A stretch of DNA of 64,000 bases. It comes from an uncultured Verrucomicrobiae bacterium (GTDB taxonomy: Bacteria > Verrucomicrobiota > Verrucomicrobiia > Limisphaerales > J093). The stretch covers positions 59,879 to 123,878 of the forward strand of contig CAWJWM010000004.1 in assembly GCA_963846445.1 (NCBI GenBank). The letters run 5' to 3'. Under the pieces are notes generated by a model that was given only the letters and a program-made list of their open reading frames with translations, did no database searches and had not been told where the DNA came from. The position numbers and the translations under genes were made by a program. Positions 9,517 through 18,000 of this stretch are shown here, piece after piece (the stretch's first letter is position 1; the number at the start of each line of letters is the position of its first letter).

Positions 9517-12500
9517 TCATGGGCCTTTGCCTTTCTTCTCCACCGCCTCGATTTCCTTCCACGACGGCGCACGCCAAAAGTGGGCCACACCGGTGAAGGA
9601 GGTAGCCATCACCGTGCTCCCGTCGGGAGAGAAGGCAACGTGGAAGAAGAATTCTCCCTCCCCCTGGAGGGAGAGAATCTCCCTTTGCGTCGCGAGATCC
9701 CACAGCTTGACGGCGTCTTCGGCGCCGGAGCCGCCCGTGGCCAGCCGCCGGCCATCCGGCGAAAAGGCTGCTCCCCACACCGAACCCAAATGCCCACGCA
9801 AGGTCGCGAGTTCCCGGCGCTCGAACACGTCCCAGAGTCCGACATGGCCATCCCAACTCGCTGAGGTCAGCACCCGGCCATCCGGGGAAAAGAGCACGGC
9901 CAGCAATGCTCCGGTGTGGTTCGTGATAGTCGTTTCGTGCTCGCCAGAAGGAAACTCAGAGAGCTTCACTGCGCCGTTAGCGTATCCGGTGGCCAGGAGG
10001 CGATCATCCGGCGAAAGGTCGGCCGACCAGACGCGCGCAGGCTGAGGGCTCGCCAGCGGCACCTCCGCCCAGTCGTTGGTTCGCCAGATCCGCACGCTGA
10101 CTGTTTGGTCATTGTGGGCAGCCCCGGCGAGGAGGCACTTGCCACTGCGAGAAAAACGGAGGAAGCCGAACCACTCGAAAGGGACTTCGAGACTCTTGAG
10201 GAGACGCCGCTCGCTCCAATCCCAGAGGTTGACTTTTCCCGAGGCGTTACCGGCCGCCAGCCATCGGCCATCCGGGGACAGTGCCACGCCCCAATTGTTA
10301 CTGCCCAAGACGGGCAGCCTTTCCGTGAGTCGCACCGCCCTGGCGTCCCAAATCCCGAGCGAACCCTCGCGGTCTGAGGTGATGAAGTGCCGGCCATCGG
10401 GCGTAAAGGCAAAGCCAAACCGGCGAACCACCCTCGGGTCGAGCACCTCGCGTGCGAAACTTCGAGGTGCAAGCACAGTCTGAGAGCCGACCCCGAAGGA
10501 AATCGCCAGAGTCGTGTGGCCAGAAGGCTGGTTGGCCGCACTCAAGTCCCAGTAGCACGCGGCTCCCTCTTGGCATCCGCTGACGAGGGTCTTGCCATCC
10601 GGCAGGAAGGCCAAAGCCATGCCCTCGCGCTCATGGCCCCGCAGACACGCCCGTTCGGCCTGGTCAACCACGTTCCAAATTCGGATCATCCGATCATCGC
10701 CCGCCGAGGCCAGTAAGCGGCCATCGGGCGCGAAAGCTAGAGCCCCTACTTCGCCAGCCTGGTGGACCATTTGCCCTCGTGGTTCTCCAGAACTGGCATC
10801 CCAAAGGCGGATGGTTCTGCCGGCATAGCCGGATCCGGCGGCGAGCAGTTCCGACGTGGGCGAGAAGGCCAGCGCCATGACACCGTCGCCCGTTTGGGTC
10901 TGATTCGTCATCGAAACCGTGGTTTGCGCCCGCCAGTTCAGGATGCGAATCCGCCCATAATCTTCGCCTATCGCCAATCGGCTTCCCTCCGGAGAAAAGG
11001 CCACAACTCCCGCGCCCCCGTGTCGAGGGGGCAGCACAGAAAGGTTGGTCAGGGTGCGGTTGGCGGCCCACTCCACCAACGCGATGGTCCCCTGATTGTC
11101 GAAGGTTGCCATCAAGGTCCCGTCCGGAGAAAACGCCAGGGACCTTACGGGCGAAGGGTGGTTGAGCGTACGGCTGATCTTCTGTGCCTGCACGTCCCAC
11201 ACCTCAACTGCCGGCTTTCCCCGCACATTGCCGATGCTCACGGCCAACAGGTTTCCGGTGGGCGATAGCCGCAGGCTTTCGACGGAGGGGGAAGTCGGCA
11301 GCTCAGCCATCGGCCGTTTGGAGATCAAATTCCACACCACGACCTTGTCACCGCCGGTTTGCGCCGCCATCACTCTCCCATCTTGGGAGATGGCCACCGC
11401 GCCGATGGAGCCGGAATTCGTTTGGAGTCGAACGGACTCGTCGGGCTGGCAGACCTGCCATAGATAGCGCCATTCCCAACCGCGCAGGTCGATTTCGGAT
11501 TTCCTGGCGGGGCGATGGTTGTTCAGCAGGCTGGTCGCGAGCCCAACCTTGTTATCCTGCAGCGCCCGTTGCGCCAGGTTCATGTCCGCGGCATAGGCGT
11601 TCTGCCGGGCGAACAGTTCGTTGTCCTCAGCCCGGAACCGCTGCCTCTCCGCCCGCTGCCATTGCCAGACCACACCGCTGAACCCCAGGACAAACACCAG
11701 GATCAACGCCGCGATCAGACCCGCTCGCACCGGTTGCCGCCGGCACCAGCGCCAGGCTCTCTCCGGTCGGCTGACTGGCCGCGCCAGGATCGGTTCCCCG
11801 CGCAGGAAGCGGCCCAGTTCGTCCGCCAGCGCCTGGGCCGTGGCGTAGCGGCGCGACGGTTCCTTCTCCAGGCACTTCAGACAAATCGTCTCCAGGTCGC
11901 GCGGCACCGTCGGGTTGAGCAGCCGCGGCGAAACCGGCTCGGCGGTCAGCACCTGACTGACGATGACCTCCAACGAGTCCGCCTGGAACGGCGGGCGGGC
12001 CGTCAGGAGGTGGTAGAGGATCCCGCCCAAGGCATAGACGTCGCTGTACCGGCCCACCTTGCCGTGCTTGGCCGTCGCCTGCTCCGGCGGCATGAAGTTG
12101 GGCGAGCCGACCATCTGACCGCTCAGCGTCAGACTGGTCTCGCCCTCCAGGCGCTTGGCCAGGCCGAAATCGGTGATGCGCGGCTGGTCGTTGGCGTCGA
12201 TGAGCACGTTCGACGGTTTGAGGTCGCGGTGCAGGATGCCTTGCTGATGCGCGTAGTGAATCGCCTCGGCAATGGTCTTGAGGTACTGGGCCGCCCGCCG
12301 GGCCGGCAGCGGCTGCGTGCCCCACCAGGGCGGCCAGACTGGGGCCATCCACGAAATCCATCGAGAAGTAGTGCTGGCCGGCGTGGACCCCGACTTCATG
12401 GATCGCGACGATGTTCGGATGGTGCAGCACCGCCGCGGCGGCGGCCTCGGTGCGAAAGCGCTGGACGAACTGCCGGGGTCGCAAACTCGCCGGCGAGAAT

Positions 12501-12803
12501 CATCTTCACCGCCACGAGGCGGTCCAGGCTGACCTGCCGGGCTTTGTACACCACCCCCATGCCGCCGCGGGCGATTTCCTCGACCAATTCGTAGTCGCCA
12601 AAGCGGCGGAGCGGCGTCAGGCCCGGAGTTCCCACATCGCCGGCCGGTGGCGGTTGCGCGACGGGCGAGGCGCTGGCCTCGCTGCCTGGAGGGCCGGGGA
12701 CGTCGAGCCCCAGACCGATCAGGCAATGCGGGCATTGACTGGCAGGCGTGCCTTCCGGCAACTCCCTGCCGCACTCCGGACATGTTGCGTTCGTTTCGCT
12801 CAT
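9517..12803 (-). CDS. Ser/Thr protein kinase with N-terminal zinc ribbon, one TM segment and a C-terminal WD40 array; 2 frameshifts at ~12300-12500
   Basis: [20 protein letters not shown]; [11 protein letters not shown]; VAVKMI; [11 protein letters not shown]; DFGLAK; then about 14 WD40-like repeats (SPDG..LA...D..V.LWD). Confidence 0.85.
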
Positions 12804-12935
12804 ACGCCCAGGTCGTCTGCGCCCGCACTCCAGCTCGCGAGGCCGTCAACGGCCACGCATCGCTTCACTGATCCATGAAGCAATTCCGGCCAGAAGTGAC
12901 GGAATTGTCTTGGCCGCACCGGCGCCGGTCAAAAC

Positions 12936-13693
12936 TCACCCGGACAGCACCACGCGAAGATGGCGCAGCTCGGCATCGATTTCCTCGGGCGAATCCACCG
13001 TCTGCGCCACCGCCTGCCGCAGCAACTGGCCGTAGCGCTGGCGGAGTCGCTCGACCGCTTTCCTGACCGCCTCGACACTCATGCCGAGTTGGGAAGCGGT
13101 GGCCGCGTAGGGCGGACGTTCCTTGTCGCCCGTGAGATAAACCTGAAGCGCGGAAAACAGCGCCGCCTTCCCACTCGCGACCTGCTCGGCCTCCAATTCC
13201 TGATGCAGCCTGGTCGAGCAGCGCCATCGCCCACCGACGCTCGAAGAGCTGTTCCGGGTTGAGATCGCGGCGCGCGCCACGCTGGAGCTCCGCCTCCGCG
13301 ACGGTGGTTTCCAGCGGCACAAACCGGCAGCAGCCCTCCGCGTTTCACCGCCTTTGTCGCGGTCCCACTCATTGGCCAGGAAATGCTTCAAGGCGGCGAG
13401 CAGAAAGGAGCGAAAACGGCCTCTCGCGGCGTCGGCATCCTTGACGTAGTCTTTCTCGAGCAAGCGCTCGAAAAAGGCCTGGGTCAAATCCTTGGCCGTC
13501 TCTTCGTCGTAACCCGAACTCCGCACAAAGAGGTAGAGCGGACGCCAGTAGATGCCGCACAAGCTGCTCCAGCGCTTCCGTCGCGCGCGTGTCGGTGCCG
13601 TGTGCCCGCCGCCAGCACCACGCTCCAGTGGGTCGTCGTGAACAGCCCGGAGCCCTTCGCCGAAGGCTCGACACCATCGCTGGGGCTGTTCAT
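12936..13693 (-). CDS. ECF-type sigma-70 family factor (PVC 'TTHWSVVLAAG' type); at least 4 frameshifts
   Basis: Pieces in three frames: FTTTHWSVVLAAG; ALEQL; IYWRPLYLFVRSSGYDEETAKDLTQAFF; RGRFRSFLLAALKHFLANEWDR; region 4 GMSVEAVRKAVERLRQRYGQLLR. Confidence 0.75.
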
Positions 13694-14051
13694 GACGGAA
13701 TCCTAGCGGTCCAGACCGGATTTGAAAGCACTGGTTGGCGGGCCTGGCATTGTCGCAAAAAAACGGTCGCCGCTTCGCAACCCCTTAGCGTGCTTTATAG
13801 TCCGCTTCGTGAGGTGACCCCTTCAGGGTCATTCGAGCTTCGAAGGCCACGCCACCCGCGCGGAAAGGGGTCGGAAAGGGGTCCCGGAATTCATGACATC
13901 AGCCCTTTGAGGTGAGACCCCCACGCCGCGACAACGCGATCGCCCAATCCGCATTCCTGCTCTCCGGGACTGAACCCTCTCGCGAAGGATTTCAGTGTGC
14001 CTTAACCCTAAGCCCTCTGAGAATTCACAGACGAGAGACTCGATGTGAAAA

Positions 14052-14847
14052 ATGTCTCGAGACATTTTGTCACACTTTTGCCAGAAGCTGGGAATGCGCA
14101 AGCATTCTGGTCAGCGAGAATCAACACGTGCACGTCGAAAACCCCAGCGTCCGCGGCGTCCACAGCGGCGTCGGCAAGCGCCCCACGGCTTTTTGGCTGC
14201 TTTCGATACACTCATTGCGGCGGACCAACTGCCAAGCGTGCCGCCGCGCCGGGGGCGTAAGCGGCGGGTGCCTTTGGCTGCGTTGTTGACCAGCATGGTG
14301 TTTCACTTCATGAATGGCACGGGTACCCTGGGCGAAAACTTCGCGCTCTTGTTCCGAGGGCGGCCTCAAAGACAGTGCCTGCGCCGATCGGCGCGCTCGG
14401 TTGCCGTGGCAGGTGTTCGCCGAGTTGATGGTCCGCGCCTTGCGTCCCCTGGCTGAGTTGAAGCGCCAGCCGGAAACCTTCTACCGGGGCTGGCGACTGG
14501 TTGCCCTGGACGGCACCCAGTTCAGTCTGTCCAACACCCCGGCGAACAACGCCGCGCGGCGCAAAGCCAAGAGTCGGCGGGGCCGCTCGGCCTTCGCCAA
14601 ATTCTGGGGCGGGAGCCGCTTGGTCAAGGTGCCGGTGCGCGTGAAAGGCCGACCCCGTGAGGTCAGTCACTATCTGGAGTTGCGCGAGATCTGGGTTCGG
14701 GTGGGTCGGGCCGGCCACCGCTCGCAGACCCTGCGGTTGTGGACGACGCTGCTGGATCCCAATCAAGCACCCGCCGCGGAGCTGGTCTCGCCCCGGCAAC
14801 TTCTTGCTCGTGCCGGCCGGTCAAAACGATACCCTTCACGCCAATGA
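14052..14847 (+). pseudogene. IS4-family (DDE) transposase remnant, frameshifted and internally deleted
   Basis: LAAFDTLIAADQLPSVPPRRGRKRRVPLAALLTSMVFHF; WRLVALDGTQFSL (first D region); then jumps to ...LRLWTTLLDPNQAPAAELV. Too short for an intact IS4 transposase. Confidence 0.6.
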
Positions 14848-14875
14848 CGCAGTTTGTGCGCACAGCCTCTTCCCT

Positions 14876-15020
14876 ATGAACCTCGACACAGAAAGCGGCG
14901 GTAAACCGCCGCACTCCAAACGCTGCCGCGCCGTCGTGTGCGGCCTCGAACATCGTGACGCGTCTGGAGTGCGGCGGTATACCGCCGCTTTAGGTTCCTG
15001 TCCACTGAGCAGTCCAAGAA
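14876..15020. repeat. module E palindromic repeat
   Basis: 32-nt arms AAAGCGGCGGTAAACCGCCGCACTCCAAACGC (14892-14923) and its near-perfect reverse complement (14960-14991, 30/32). Related copies at 50501-50655, ~30060-30440 and ~9340-9470. Confidence 0.8.
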
Positions 15021-15037
15021 GTAACAGGTCGCTTCCC

Positions 15038-18000
15038 ATGTGCCTCGTGCACGCCCGCGCCCTCTGTTCCGCGCTCCTCTGGCTTGCCCTCTGTCTCGTC
15101 CCGGCCGAGCCGCGCGGCCAATCGTTCTCCCTGTTCCATACAAACGCCGCCTGGCGCTACGCGAAAGGGACCGCCGAAGCCTCGCTTCCCGACCGGGCCG
15201 CCTGGCGTCAGCCGAGTTATTCCGACGCCGCCTGGAGCAGCGGCGCGGCGCCGTTCTTCTACGGTGAATCCTATCTCGCGCCGGGGACGTTGCTGAGCGA
15301 CATGCAGAACCGGTACACCACCCTGTTTCTGCGCCGCTCCTTCGTCATCACCAACGCTTCCGCCATCGAGTTGCTGGAATTGACCGCCGCGTGCGACGAC
15401 GGCTTTTTGGCCTACATCAACGGCAGCCCCGTGGTGTCCGCCAATGCGCCCGAGAGCGAGCCGTTCCACGACGCCACTGCCCCCGCCGCCGCCACCGAGC
15501 CGGTTCCGTTCCTCGGTTATCCCCTGGCGGATCCGTCGGGATTCCTGGTCGCGGGCACGAACGTGCTCGCGGTGCAGGTCTTCAATGTGTCCGCCAGCAG
15601 CAGCGACCTGGTGTTCGATGCGGCGCTGACGGCCACCTTGAAGGAATCGACCGATCCGCGCGTGGTGACGGTCACCCCGTCCCCCGAATCCGCTCTGGCC
15701 CAACTCACGGACATCACTGTCACTTTCAGCCGGGCGGTGGCCGGCGTGGATGCCGCGGACCTCTGGCTGAACGAAACCCCTTGTGCGGCGGTCAGCGGGA
15801 GCGGAACGACCTACACGTTCAGCTTTCCTCGGCCTGCCTGGGGCACGGTCCAGGTCTCATGGGATATGCGGCACGGTATCACCGACCTGGGCCAGCCGCC
15901 TACGGCGTTCAACGCCACCGGCCCGGGGGCCCGCTGGCTCTACGAACTCTACGAGCCGGGCGCCCCTAAACTCGCCGCGCTGAATCCGCCCGCCGAAGCC
16001 ACCGTCCGTCAACTTACTCAAATCGAAGTCTGGTTTGATCGGCCGGTCCAAGGGGTGGACTCGGCGGACCTCCTGATCGACGGCGCGCCCGCCTCGAGCG
16101 CCGCCGGCGCCGCAGCCGGGCCCTACGTGTTCGCGTTTGCGCCGCGCGCCGGAGGTCCGGTATCCATCGCCTGGGCCGCAGCGTGCGGCATTGTGGACCT
16201 TACACCCGAGGCGCGCCCGTTCGAGGGCGGCTCGTGGTCCTATGCGGTCGATCCCGAACTCGCTGTGCCCGATGTCATCATCAACGAGTTCATGGCCGAA
16301 AACGTGAGCGGGCTCAAGGACGAGGAAGGAGACAGTGAAGATTGGATCGAGCTCTACAACCGTGGCAACACGCCCGTGAACCTCGATGGTTGGTCGCTCA
16401 CCGACGACGCGCGCCAGCCCGGTCAATGGGTCTTTCCCGCGGTGTCCCTGCCCGCGAAACGTTATCTGGTCGTGTTTGCCTCGGGCAAAGACCGGCGCCC
16501 CACCGCCGCAGGCGCAACGCTGCACACCAACTTCAAACTCGGCCTCGCGGGCGAATACATCGGCCTCTATAACGGCGAATCCCCACGCCTGGCGGTGAAC
16601 GAAATCGCGCCCGAGTACCCCGAGCAGCGCAACGGCGTGGCATACGGGCGCGACGCGCTCGGCGCATGGCGCTACTGCGCAGCCGCGACGCCAGGCTACG
16701 CCAACAGCCCGAGTTGGATCAACGGCGTGGTCGAGCCTGCCCACTTCAGCGTTCCCCGCGGTTTCTTCGCCCGGCCCTTCAGCCTGTCGCTGGCCACCCC
16801 AACGCCCGGAGCCGCCATTCGCTACACACTGGACGGCAGCGTCCCCAGTCTCACCAACGGGATTCTCTACACGAACGTCATCGGCATCGGCACCACACGC
16901 GTGGTTCGGGCCGCCGCGTTTCGGGCGGATCGGTTGCCCTCGCGAGTCACCACCCATACCTACCTCTACAATCAGTCCGCCATGCGCCGCACCCTGCCTG
17001 CGCTCTCGCTCGTCACGGCCTCGAACCATCTCTACGGCAAGACGGGCATCATGGAGTATAACCCCCGCAACACCCTCAATCACGGAATCGCCTGGGAACG
17101 CCCGGTTTCCGTCGAGTGGCTTGCGCCCGAGGATAACGGGGGCTTCCAGATCGATTGCGGCCTACGCATTCAGGGGGGCGGGTACATCCGGAATCTCTAC
17201 AACTACCGGAGCGGTTCCATTCCCGAAAGCAAGTACTCGTTTCGACTCTACTTTCGGGGCGACTATGGCGAAGGCCGGCTCCGCCAGCCGATCTTCCCCG
17301 AGGTGCCCGCCGACTCGTTCGACACCCTCGTGCTGCGCGCCGGCATGAACGACGCGACCAACCCTTTCCTGCGCGACGAGTTCGCGCGGCGCCTCGAATC
17401 CGATGTCGGTCAGGTCTCCGCCCGCGGCACGTTCGTGAACCTGTTTCTCAACGGCGTCTACAAGGGATACTATAATCCCACCGAACGGATCGACGACGAT
17501 TTCCTCCAGACCTGGCACGGCGGCACCAATCGCTGGGACATCATCGCCATGGGCGGCGAGGTCCGCGAGGGCGACGCCATTGCGTGGAATGCCATGCGCG
17601 CTTACGCCAGCGCCAATAACCTCGCCCTTGCGCCACGATACCTCGAGATCGAACGGCGCCTCGATACAACCAACTTCGTCGAGTATCTCATCCCGCTCAT
17701 CTACGGCGATACCGACGACTGGCCCCACAACAATTGGCGGGCCGCGCGCGAGCGGACAGGCGGAGCCCGCTTCCGCTTCTATGCCTGGGATGCCGAATGG
17801 TCCTTCGGCTATAACAACGAGCCCACACATAACACCATCGCCGGCCAGCTCAGCAACCTCAGCCCGCCCTGGGGCGGCACCGAAATCCAGACGCTCTTCC
17901 TCCGCCTGAAAGCCAGCCCCGAGTTCCGTCTCCTTTTCGCCGATCGCGTGCACCGCCACTTCTTCAACGGCGGCGCGATGACAGACGAACGGCTCAAAGC

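Noticed and set aside
8333-9856. 507-aa minus-strand ORF as a single gene
   Set aside because: Only ~120 codons (8906-9275) look like a pilin-type protein. The rest runs antisense through the TA pair and through a repeat-derived upstream region.
14657-15037. N-terminal extension of the CotH ORF (2102-aa version)
   Set aside because: The extension crosses the IS4 remnant and a module E repeat. A signal peptide starts at the Met at 15038.
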